Assembly: GCA_965228735.1 (NCBI GenBank)
Contig: OZ245838.1
Location: 2,528,001-2,592,000 of the forward strand
Length of the DNA stretch: 64,000 nucleotides
Source of the DNA: Planctomycetota bacterium
GTDB taxonomy: Bacteria > Planctomycetota > UBA1135 > UBA2386
Reading direction: 5' to 3'
Each line of letters begins with the position of its first letter. Positions within the stretch are counted from its first letter, which is position 1. The position numbers and the translations under genes are program-made. Positions 44,101-52,005 of the stretch are shown one piece after another. Below the pieces are notes generated by a model. That model made no database searches. It saw nothing but the letters and a program-made list of their open reading frames with translations, and was not told where the DNA came from.

Positions 44101-44113
44101 AAGGTGCGTTCAT
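41111..44113 (-). CDS. Large surface lipoprotein, Ig-like domains plus YncE-like beta-propeller (paralog 1)
   Basis: Lipobox LGGC; ILVRFNKPVQP Ig-like segment; polyproline tract; propeller repeats (AMSPN, AWQPDG). Confidence 0.85.
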   Translation of the reverse strand: MNAPSQSRSPARSLAGLALFASLSLPLALGGCEGGTKGDPDNRGDFKVVSISTGTGAVYPYRIRTVDSFGNPTTNVINIETETQLQDNVNGSNGVLPVAALATTALLPDGNPGNHFLHFTFSHKLDVDSILSNLLANQSNSGLTGALNLLAYDPATETSTTLRGRGFVNGFTYYNVGGVLEKVQAVEADGSGIRVLDARANGFPSYAGAADLVGKKSFVFVADTNNDLTSIETFPANRLIRIVVTNAVRDTENDILDAEVGVATTVGVDTNPPQVLGFLNTPQIIPGNGQTGIDPTSTILVRFNKPVQPGEVGSFFDPAQFTPATGGLTLQVTAAANTFAVLYHADPVSFGDLMNYNITPAYSLPGNSPVDIQVQNTTINSLTGMTVGQPVTTQFTTGTGPGIVNAPVAPEAVYVGIGGAEPGVSVIDLNGLGQGTGDINNTRFPLNPNIGITGVTPPLAPGTSNLDAGSAGVFTLTQDTNGETRLLRDPVVGDVTDIHIGAPLDLVFNNENINRNAARFNQINQLLGTQEPGNTIHQPPIPNPPRLVFPPPNPNRAIFGEEPTTASATGPIGTLVTGGPPAGCIVSPLNSLVVGNPFANQQGQVGIFGTQFTGVFVGPQPPPGSPPPPPPFCPFTARQQIGHFLYVLDRDNRQVVVVNSNRFTVLDTIPLSDPVSMAMSPNMTRLAVTNFASASVSFIDINPLSQNFNTVVTETSVERGPTAVAWQPDGEDILVVSTDANAMTVISAFDFTVRRTVSGFMNRPIDIVATERYQLTGNLSGVYYAYILNETGTVAIYESGPDGINGYGFNDIVGAVTNVSFPRARALQFDHQATQGGVLVGHIDDTGLGQVSRLWLTSTPVGQQPLNPNIGGFILPPTYRQKEWTVTQRFGGSNSTVASGQFLSGNSIIDIGTDNLFNSGGLLGQTTPFSAAFTTTPYNHSGKHVVKQGINAAIIANVPQFLFIALSDVGKVDVIEVETGTRIATIDVPGVRVVADYWRQ

Positions 44114-44390
44114 GGGATGAGCTCCGTCCAGCCGACTGCCCCTGGCATGGTTCCCAGTGAGGCGGGAACCAGCGAGGGCGGCGACCATCGACGGCATAGG
44201 GTCTGCTCCGGAAGCGTCCAGTCTCGGGAGACGCAGCACGTTACAGCGTGCGGAGATCCATTCAACGCCGGAGAAAGCGTGAAGGGCCGATGCCGTGAAG
44301 GGTCGATGCCATCGACCCGCCATCGGCCCACCACGCTCCACCCCCGACGAGGGAGCGGATCTTGCGTCCACCGACACGGAGCCGGCAGTT
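44114..44390 (-). promoter_or_regulatory. Long structured 5' leader (candidate cis-regulatory RNA)
   Basis: Nested hairpins at 44284-44329 and 44124-44194; the latter overlaps the GGAG RBS. Confidence 0.4.
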
Positions 44391-44401
44391 GTCCAAGGGC
44401 C

Positions 44402-44417
44402 CGCAAACAGAGTACCT
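44402..44417 (-). promoter_or_regulatory. Possible sigma-54 promoter of paralog 1
   Basis: Minus strand AGGTAC-TCTGT-TTGCG (GG-N10-GC). Confidence 0.5.
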
Positions 44418-44540
44418 CGGGCGCCTCAGGCCGGCCATTTTCTTCAAACGCCGGGCGGGCGCGGTCGCCTTCGCCCCATGGATCAACTCAAATCACTGCA
44501 ATAGCGAGTCTTCCGCATGTTTCTGCTCTTCCGCAACAGA

Positions 44541-44577
44541 GCCGTGCGCATCCGCTCGTCGAGCGGATGCGCACGGC
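44541..44577. repeat. Perfect 18-bp inverted repeat (terminator or REP-like)
   Basis: GCCGTGCGCATCCGCTCG-T-CGAGCGGATGCGCACGGC, about 55 bp after the paralog 2 stop. Confidence 0.8.
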
Positions 44578-44631
44578 GGTCTGCACAGCGCAGCGAACGC
44601 GGCCGGGACGCTGGCCCGGCCGCGAGCCAGG

Positions 44632-47600
44632 TCACTGCCGCCAGTAGTCGGCGACGACCCGGACTCCGGGCACGTCGATGCTGGCGATCCGGGTGCCGGT
44701 ACCGATCTCGAGCACGTCGATCCGCCCGGCGTCGGACAGCGCGACGAACAGGAAGCGCGGCAGGACCGCCGGGGCGACCGTGGTCGTCACCTGCTTCACC
44801 GTGTGCTTGCCGGAGTGGAAGTACGGCGTCGTCGCGAACGGCGACGAGAACGACGTGATCTGCCCCGGCAGGCCGCCGTAGTTCGTCAGGTTGTCCGTGC
44901 ACAGATCGATGACGGAGTTGCCGCTGAGGAACGGCGCGTTCGCCGCCGTCGAGTTCGTGCCGCCGATGCGCTGCGTGACGGTCCACTCCTTCTGGCGGTA
45001 GGTCGGCGGCAGCACGAAGCCACCGATGTTGGGGTTGAGCGGCGAGACGCCGAGCGGCGTGCTCGTGAGCCCGAGCCGCGAGACCTGCCCGAGACCGCTG
45101 TCGTCGATGTGGCCGATCATGACCCCGCCGAACGTCGCGCCGTGATCGTAGATCATCGACTTGCTGCGCGGGAACGCGACGTTGGCGACCGTGCCGATCA
45201 CGTCGTCGAACCCGATGCCGTTCACGCCGTCGGGACCCGATTCGTAGATCGCGACCGTGCCGTTGTCGTTGAGGATGTAGGCGTAGTAGACGCCGGCGGC
45301 GTTGCCGCTCGTCTGGTAGCGCTCCGACACGATGATCTCGACCGGGCGGTTGAGGAATCCGGCGACCGAGCGCCGGACCGAGAAGTCGAGCGCCGAGATG
45401 ATCGTGACGACGTTGGCATCGGTCGACGCGACGAGCACGTCCTCGCCATCGGGCTGCCACGAGATCGCGGTCGGCCCCTGTTCGACGGTCGTCTCCGCGA
45501 CGACCTGGTGGAACGTCGGACTCAGGGGATCGATGTCGATGAAGCTGACCGTCGCACTCGCGAAGTTGGTCACCGCGAGGCGGGTCATGTTCGGCGACGT
45601 CGCCATGCTGATCGGGTCGGACAGCCGGATCGTGTCGAGCACCGTGAAGCGGTTGCTGTTGACGACGACGATCTGCCGGTTGTCGCGATCGAGCACGTAG
45701 AGGAAGTGACCGATCTGCTGCCGCGAACTGAACGGGCAGAAGGGCGGCGGCGGCGGCGGTGAGCCCGGCTGCGGCTGGGGGCCGACGAACAGACCCATGA
45801 ACGCCGTGCCGAACACGCCGACCGTGCCGATGGAATTGGCGAACGGGTTGCCGACGACCAGCTGGTTGAGCGGCGAGACGATGCACCCGGCCGGCGGCCC
45901 GCCCGTCACGAGCGTGCCCGTGGGGCCGTAGCTCGACGTCGTCGTCGGCTCGGCGCCAAAGATGGCGCGATCCGGGTTCGGCGGCGGGAACACGAGCGGC
46001 GGCGGGTTGGGCACGGGCGGCACGGTGATCGTGTTGCCCGGCATCGCGGACCCCGTGAGCGGGTTCACCTGGTTCGCGCGCGACGCGTTGCGGTTGATGT
46101 TCTCGTTGTTGAACACGAGATCGAGTGGCGCGCCGATGTGGATGTCGTTGACGTCGCCGACGACCGGGTCGCGCAGCAGTCTGGTCTCACCCGTCGTGTC
46201 CTGCGTCAACGTGAGCGCACCCGCGCTGCCCGCATCGAGGTTGCTCGTGCCGGGCGCCATCGGCGGGTGGAGACCCGTGATCTGCAGGTTGGGGTTGAGC
46301 TCGAACCGCGAGGTGGCGAGATCGCCCGTGCCCTGACCGAGACCGTTGAGGTCGATGACGCCGACCCCGGGGGTCGCGCCACCGAACCCGACGTAGATCG
46401 CCTCGGGCGCGACGGGCGCGTTGACGATGCCCGGCCCGCGGCCGGTGCGGAAGTTCGTCGTCACGGCCGTGCCGAGCCGGTCGCCGGAGAGGCCACGGAT
46501 CGTCGTATCGAGGATCGCGATCTCGATCGGCGAGTCCCCGGGGAGGCTGTAGGCCGGCGTGATCACGTAGTTCATCAGGTCGCCGTAGCTCACGGGATCG
46601 GCGTGGAACGGCACCGGGAACGTGCGCGCGGCCGCGGTCGCGGACAGCGACAGACCGCCGGCGGGCGGCGTGAACTGCGTCGGATCGAAGAACGAACCGA
46701 CGTCGGCCGGCTGCACCGGCTTGTTGAAGCGCACGAGGATCGTCGTGCCCGGGTCGATGCCGGTCTGCGAGTTGCCCGGGATGACCTGCGGCGTCGTGGA
46801 GAAGCCGAGCACCTGCGGCGGATCCGGGTCGACGCCGACCGTCGTAGCCGTCGAGACCTCGGCTTCGAGGATCCCGCCTTCGCTGTCCTGCACAGCGTTG
46901 GTCACGACGAGCCGCAGCAGACGGTCGCTCGGGAACGTCTCGATCGTCGTGAGATCACCGTCACTGTCCGCGACGAACGTGAACGACTTCTTCGAGACGA
47001 GGTCCGCCGCCCCGGCGAACGCGGGGAAGCCCGCGGCGCGCGCGTCGACGACTTCGATGCCGTCGCCGCTCGGGCGCACGGCCTGGACCTTCTGCAGCTG
47101 CCCACCGTCGTTGAAGTAGGTGTAGCCGTTCACGAAGCCGCGACCCTTGACCGTCGTCGCGGTCTCGGTCGCCGGATCGTAGGCCAGCAGGTTGAGGGCA
47201 CCCGTCAGACCCGAGCTGCTCTGGTTGGCCAGTTGATCGCTGAGGATCGAGTCGATGTCGAGCTTGTGGCTGAACGAGAAGTGCAGGAACTGGTTGCCCG
47301 GGTTGCCGTCCGGCAGGATCGCCGTCGTCGCGAGCGTCGCGACCGGCAGCACGCCGTTGGTCCCCGAGACGTTCGCCTGCAGTGTCGCGGTGCTCTCGAT
47401 GTTGAGCACCTGGTTGGTCGGGTTCCCGAGCGGATCGACCGCGCGGACGCGGTACGGATAGACCGCGCCGGTGCCCGTGCTGATGCTGACGACCTCGAAG
47501 TCACCGCGGTTCTCGGGATCACCACCGGAGCCGCCGGCACACCCCGCGAAGGCGGCGAACGCCGTCGTGAGAAGCAGCGTGGATCCGGGCAGCGACCGCG

Positions 47601-47667
47601 GGATGGAGAGCAGGCAGGCCGGATCGCGGCTGCGATCGGCGGGCCCCTGGCGTGGGAGTCTGTTCAT
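44632..47667 (-). CDS. Large surface lipoprotein, Ig-like domains plus beta-propeller (paralog 2)
   Basis: Lipobox FAGC; colinear with 41111..44113 and identical C-terminus DVPGVRVVADYWRQ. Confidence 0.85.
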   Translation of the reverse strand: MNRLPRQGPADRSRDPACLLSIPRSLPGSTLLLTTAFAAFAGCAGGSGGDPENRGDFEVVSISTGTGAVYPYRVRAVDPLGNPTNQVLNIESTATLQANVSGTNGVLPVATLATTAILPDGNPGNQFLHFSFSHKLDIDSILSDQLANQSSSGLTGALNLLAYDPATETATTVKGRGFVNGYTYFNDGGQLQKVQAVRPSGDGIEVVDARAAGFPAFAGAADLVSKKSFTFVADSDGDLTTIETFPSDRLLRLVVTNAVQDSEGGILEAEVSTATTVGVDPDPPQVLGFSTTPQVIPGNSQTGIDPGTTILVRFNKPVQPADVGSFFDPTQFTPPAGGLSLSATAAARTFPVPFHADPVSYGDLMNYVITPAYSLPGDSPIEIAILDTTIRGLSGDRLGTAVTTNFRTGRGPGIVNAPVAPEAIYVGFGGATPGVGVIDLNGLGQGTGDLATSRFELNPNLQITGLHPPMAPGTSNLDAGSAGALTLTQDTTGETRLLRDPVVGDVNDIHIGAPLDLVFNNENINRNASRANQVNPLTGSAMPGNTITVPPVPNPPPLVFPPPNPDRAIFGAEPTTTSSYGPTGTLVTGGPPAGCIVSPLNQLVVGNPFANSIGTVGVFGTAFMGLFVGPQPQPGSPPPPPPFCPFSSRQQIGHFLYVLDRDNRQIVVVNSNRFTVLDTIRLSDPISMATSPNMTRLAVTNFASATVSFIDIDPLSPTFHQVVAETTVEQGPTAISWQPDGEDVLVASTDANVVTIISALDFSVRRSVAGFLNRPVEIIVSERYQTSGNAAGVYYAYILNDNGTVAIYESGPDGVNGIGFDDVIGTVANVAFPRSKSMIYDHGATFGGVMIGHIDDSGLGQVSRLGLTSTPLGVSPLNPNIGGFVLPPTYRQKEWTVTQRIGGTNSTAANAPFLSGNSVIDLCTDNLTNYGGLPGQITSFSSPFATTPYFHSGKHTVKQVTTTVAPAVLPRFLFVALSDAGRIDVLEIGTGTRIASIDVPGVRVVADYWRQ

Positions 47668-47681
47668 GACGACCCGCATTT

Positions 47682-47697
47682 CGCAAACGCGGTGCCC
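47682..47697 (-). promoter_or_regulatory. Possible sigma-54 promoter of paralog 2
   Basis: Minus strand GGGCAC-CGCGT-TTGCG; unusually close to ATG 47667. Confidence 0.45.
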
Positions 47698-47905
47698 GAC
47701 CGCCGAACTTTGGCAAACGACCCGGACCGCCCCGCTCCGGGCTCGGGCATCGCGAATCTCGAACCGTGCAAGCCATTCCCCTCGTTTGGTTTAGGATGGC
47801 GCGAGCGAGTTCCGCCGGATCCCGAGCGATGTCGCTCTGGAGCGGAGGCGCTCGCGATCGCTCGCAAACCGCGGCGGTTTCGGGCCGCTGCGCGACCGCG
47901 CCACG

Positions 47906-49942
47906 ATGACCGATCCGCTCGAGCAATACCGCGACAAGCGCGACTTCGACAAGACGCCGGAGCCGGCCCCGAAGCCGCTGCGGCCGGGCGTCGATCGGGT
48001 CTTCGTCGTGCACCGTCACGAGGCGCGCAACCTGCACTACGACCTCCGACTCGAGCGCGCTGGCGTGCTGTGTTCGTGGGCCGTGCCGCGCGGGTTCAGC
48101 TACGACCCGAGCGAGAAGCGACTCGCGGTGCGCACCGAGGACCATCCGATCGAGTACGAGCACTTCCACGGTCGCATCCCCAAGGGCGAGTACGGCGCGG
48201 GCACGATGACGATCTGGGACCGGGGTCACTACGAGCTCGTCAAGATCACGGACTGGGACGAGGCGATCGCGCGCGGCGAGGTGAAGGTGCGACTCTACGG
48301 GCGCCGGCTGCGCGGTGAGTGGCACCTGGTTCGCACGACGCAGAGCAAGAACAGCTGGCTCCTGTTCAAGTCGCGCGACCTGTTCTCGGGGCCCGCGCGC
48401 GACAGCGCCCTGGGCGTCGATCTGACGACGGCCGGACGGGCGGGCGCGACCGACGAGCTGCAGCCGATGCGGGCCGGCGCCGAACCTCGCCAGGTGTTCA
48501 CCGACCCCGCGTGGGTGTTCGAGATGGAGTTCGCCGGCCAGCGCGCGTTCGCGAGCAAGACCGATGACGCGGTCGGACTGCATGGCGTTCCCGACGTGCC
48601 GGCGCCGCTCCTCGACGCGCTCCGGCAGCTGCGCTGCGACCGCGCGGTGCTCGATGGCGTGCTCGTCGCTCTCGGCGACGACGGTCGCCCGGATCGCGAA
48701 GCACTGACGCAAGCGCTGCATGGCGGCAACGCCGACCGGATCGCCTACTACGCGTTCGACCTCGTCCACTGGGAGGAGTTCGACCTGCGGACATTGCCGC
48801 TGTTCGACCGCAAGGCCGCGCTGCGCACGCTCGTGCCCGACGATCCGCGACTGCTCTACGCCGATCACGTCGCGGGCAACGGCCCCGCCCTGCTGCAGGC
48901 GATCCGCGACGCCGGCCTGCCGGCGGCGATCGGCAAGCGCGGGGCGAGCCCGTACTCGGGCGGAGAGTCCGAGGACTGGGTGCGCATTCCAGCGGACGGC
49001 GCAGCCGCTGCGCCGAACGAACCGGAGTCATCGAAGGAGTCCCGCCCGCTCAACGTGCGCTTCCGGCCGACCAACCTCGCCAAGGTCTACTGGCCGGCCG
49101 AGGGCCACACCAAGGGCGACCTGCTCGCCTACTACCAATCGATCGCGGACGTGCTCCTGCCCCACCTGCGCGACCGACCCGTGCACCTCAATCGCTATCC
49201 CGACGGCATCGACGGCAAGTCGTTCTACCAGCGCGAGGCCAAAGAGGGCACGCCGGACTGGGTGCGCACCGTGCCCATTCCGCACGACGACGAGACGGTG
49301 CCGCATCACGTCATCGACGACGTCGAGACGCTGATCTACTGCGCCAACCTCGGCAGCATCGATCTGCACCCCTGGTTGTCGCGGTATCCGACCATCGACA
49401 CGCCCGACTACGCCGTCCTCGACATCGACCCGAAGGAGGCGCCGTTCACCCACGTCGTCCGCATCGCGAAGGCCGCGGGGCGCCTGCTGCGCGGCATCGG
49501 CCTGCGCCCGGTGCTCAAGACCTCGGGCAAGAACGGCATGCACGTCTTCGTGCCGCTGCTGCCGCAGTACACCTACGACCACGCGCGGATGTTCACCGAA
49601 GCCGTCGCCCGCGTCCTCGCACGCGAGCTCCCCGACATCGCGACGACCGAACGCGTGCCGAGCCAACGCGACGGCAAGGTCTACCTCGACTTCCTGCAGA
49701 ACCGGAGGTCACAGACGATCGTGCCGGTCTACTCCGTTCGCCCCGTCCGCGGCGCCACCGTGTCGACGCCGCTGATGTGGGACGAGCTCGAGAACGGCGA
49801 CCTGTCGCCGAAGAACTTCACCATCCACACCGTCCCCGAACGCGTGATGCAACACGGCGACCTCTTCCGCAACGCGCTCGAGGACCACCAGGACCTGATG
49901 GCGGCGATCGGTGCGTTGGAGGACGTGCTGAAGAACGGGTGA
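47906..49942 (+). CDS. ligD: LigD-type NHEJ protein: phosphoesterase, degenerate ligase domain, primase-polymerase
   Basis: YRDKRDFDKTPEP, HYDLRLE, TEDHP (PE); RYPDGI, LDIDP, KTSGKNGMH, DFLQN (POL); ligase motif I reads EMEFAGQR. Confidence 0.93.
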   Translation: MTDPLEQYRDKRDFDKTPEPAPKPLRPGVDRVFVVHRHEARNLHYDLRLERAGVLCSWAVPRGFSYDPSEKRLAVRTEDHPIEYEHFHGRIPKGEYGAGTMTIWDRGHYELVKITDWDEAIARGEVKVRLYGRRLRGEWHLVRTTQSKNSWLLFKSRDLFSGPARDSALGVDLTTAGRAGATDELQPMRAGAEPRQVFTDPAWVFEMEFAGQRAFASKTDDAVGLHGVPDVPAPLLDALRQLRCDRAVLDGVLVALGDDGRPDREALTQALHGGNADRIAYYAFDLVHWEEFDLRTLPLFDRKAALRTLVPDDPRLLYADHVAGNGPALLQAIRDAGLPAAIGKRGASPYSGGESEDWVRIPADGAAAAPNEPESSKESRPLNVRFRPTNLAKVYWPAEGHTKGDLLAYYQSIADVLLPHLRDRPVHLNRYPDGIDGKSFYQREAKEGTPDWVRTVPIPHDDETVPHHVIDDVETLIYCANLGSIDLHPWLSRYPTIDTPDYAVLDIDPKEAPFTHVVRIAKAAGRLLRGIGLRPVLKTSGKNGMHVFVPLLPQYTYDHARMFTEAVARVLARELPDIATTERVPSQRDGKVYLDFLQNRRSQTIVPVYSVRPVRGATVSTPLMWDELENGDLSPKNFTIHTVPERVMQHGDLFRNALEDHQDLMAAIGALEDVLKNG

Positions 49943-50025
49943 ACATACCGAACCCGGCATCTTTGTCTCACCCCAGCGCCTCCGGCGCTGGGGTGAGACA
50001 AAGATGCCGGGTTCCGTATGTTCAC
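49939..50025. repeat. 87-bp palindrome (42-bp arms, one mismatch, 3-nt loop)
   Basis: GTGAACATACCGAACCCGGCATCTTTGTCTCACCCCAGCGCC-TCC-reverse complement. Confidence 0.92.
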
Positions 50026-50028
50026 GGC

Positions 50029-51897
50029 ATGCGCTTCCTCTTGCTGCTGTTCGCTGCCACCCTCGCCGGCACCCTCAGCGCCCAACGCACGGATCACCTG
50101 GTCCTCGTCGAGGCCGAGTCGTTCCACGACACGGGCGGCTGGGTCGTGGACCAGCAGTTCATGGACTTCATGGGCTCGCCGATGCTGCTCGCGCACGGGC
50201 TCGGCATTCCGGTCGAGGACGCGGTCACCGCGGTCACGTTCGACCATCCCGGGCGCTATCGCGTCTACGTCCGCACCCGCGACTGGGTCGCGCCGTGGAA
50301 CGCGCCGGGCGCGCCCGGCCGCTTCAAGATCCGCGTCGACGGCGTCGAACTCAGCACGACGTTCGGCATCGAGGGCGCGGACTGGCACTGGCAGAGCGGC
50401 GGCAGCGTCACGGTCGGCGAACGCGCGACGGTCGCGCTGCACGATCTCACGGGCTTCGAAGGGCGGTGCGATGCGATCCTGTTCGTGCACGGCGACTCGC
50501 AGTTCACGCCGCCCGACGGCGGCGACGAGCTCGCCGAGCTGCGCGGCAAGCTGCTCGGTTGGGACCGGGCGCCGGAGGACGCCGGCCCGTTCGACCTCGC
50601 GGTCATCGGCGGCGGCATCGCGGGCACGGCCGCGGCGATCACGGCCGCGCGCCTCGGGCTCACCGTCGCGCTGATCCAGGACCGGCCCGTGCTCGGCGGC
50701 AACGGCAGCTCCGAGGTGCGCGTCTGGCCCGAGGGTCACACCAACCACGAGCCCTACCCGCACATCGGCGACGTCGTGCGCGAGCTCGTGCGCAAGAAGG
50801 GCCGCGGCGACGGCAACGCACGAAACGCGGACATCTACGAGGACCGCCGCAAACTCGACCTCGCGCGCGCCGAACCCAACCTCACGCTGCTGCTCGAGCA
50901 TCGTGCCAACGCGGTGACCGGCAGAGACCGCGAGCACATCGACGCGGTCATCGCACAGCACACGCGCAGCGGCCGACGAAAGCGCGTCGCGGCCCGCTGG
51001 TTCTGCGACTCGACGGGCGACGGCGTGATCGGCGCGCTCGCCGGGGCCGCGTTCGACATGACCGAGACCGGTCACATGGGCGTCAGCAACCTGTGGAACG
51101 TCGGCAACGTCGAGAAGAACGAGTATCAGCTGCGCTGCGAGTGCGAGGACCCCGACGACCCGCTGTCGCTCAACTTCGTCACGTCGAACGAGCCCGCGCC
51201 GTTCCCGCGCTGTCCGTGGGCCGTCGACCTGTCGGACAAACCGTTCCCCGGCCGCAAGGACGGCAACCTCGGCCAGCTCGGCGGCTGGTTCTGGGAGACC
51301 GGCTTCGACCGCCACCCGATCACCGATCTCGAACGCATGCGCGACCAGAACCTGCGCGCGATGTACGGCGCCTGGGACGCGCTCAAGAACGTCGACGGGC
51401 GCCACCCCAACCATCGGCTCAAGTGGGCCGCGTTCATCGCCGGCAAACGCGAGTCGCGTCGCCTGCTCGGTGACGTGTTGCTCACGGGCGAGGACTTCCA
51501 CGATCAGAAGGAATGGCCCGACGCCGCGTTCCCGTGCACGTGGCACATCGACCTGCACTTCCCGAAGGCGGCCTACGCGGAGGGCCACGCTGGCGACGAG
51601 TTCATCTCCGACTACACGCGCGGCAAGGGCTACAAGTACCAGGGGCCGTACTGGGCGCCCTACCGCGCGCTCTACAGCAAGAACATCGACAACCTGTTCA
51701 TGGCCGGCCGCGACATCAGCGTCACGCACGAGGCGCTCGGCGCGGTGCGCGTCATGCAGACGTGCGGGATGATGGGCGAGATCGTCGGCATGGCCGCGAG
51801 CCTCTGCAAGACGCACGACTGCAGTCCGCGCGCGGTCTACGCCCAGCACCTCGACGAACTGAAGGCGCTGATGCGGCGCGGCGCGGGCCGCCAGTAG
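50029..51897 (+). CDS. Secreted FAD-dependent oxidoreductase
   Basis: Signal peptide, VIGGGIAG, LGGNGSSE, DSTGDG, KRESRR, RVMQTCG. Confidence 0.9.
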   Translation: MRFLLLLFAATLAGTLSAQRTDHLVLVEAESFHDTGGWVVDQQFMDFMGSPMLLAHGLGIPVEDAVTAVTFDHPGRYRVYVRTRDWVAPWNAPGAPGRFKIRVDGVELSTTFGIEGADWHWQSGGSVTVGERATVALHDLTGFEGRCDAILFVHGDSQFTPPDGGDELAELRGKLLGWDRAPEDAGPFDLAVIGGGIAGTAAAITAARLGLTVALIQDRPVLGGNGSSEVRVWPEGHTNHEPYPHIGDVVRELVRKKGRGDGNARNADIYEDRRKLDLARAEPNLTLLLEHRANAVTGRDREHIDAVIAQHTRSGRRKRVAARWFCDSTGDGVIGALAGAAFDMTETGHMGVSNLWNVGNVEKNEYQLRCECEDPDDPLSLNFVTSNEPAPFPRCPWAVDLSDKPFPGRKDGNLGQLGGWFWETGFDRHPITDLERMRDQNLRAMYGAWDALKNVDGRHPNHRLKWAAFIAGKRESRRLLGDVLLTGEDFHDQKEWPDAAFPCTWHIDLHFPKAAYAEGHAGDEFISDYTRGKGYKYQGPYWAPYRALYSKNIDNLFMAGRDISVTHEALGAVRVMQTCGMMGEIVGMAASLCKTHDCSPRAVYAQHLDELKALMRRGAGRQ

Positions 51898-51908
51898 GCC
51901 CAGCTGAC

Positions 51909-51939
51909 GGCGGTACCGAACCCGCTTCGTTTCCGCCAC
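51909..51939 (+). repeat. REP-like hairpin, intact copy of the intron target
   Basis: GGCGGTACCGAACCCGCTTCGTTTCCGCCAC; the inverted copy is split by the intron into 53998-54012 and 51990-52005. Confidence 0.8.
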
Positions 51940-52005
51940 CGCCGATCCAGCGCAGGGCCTGGATGGACGCCAGGATGCCACCCACACGTGTGGCGGATTC
52001 GAAGC

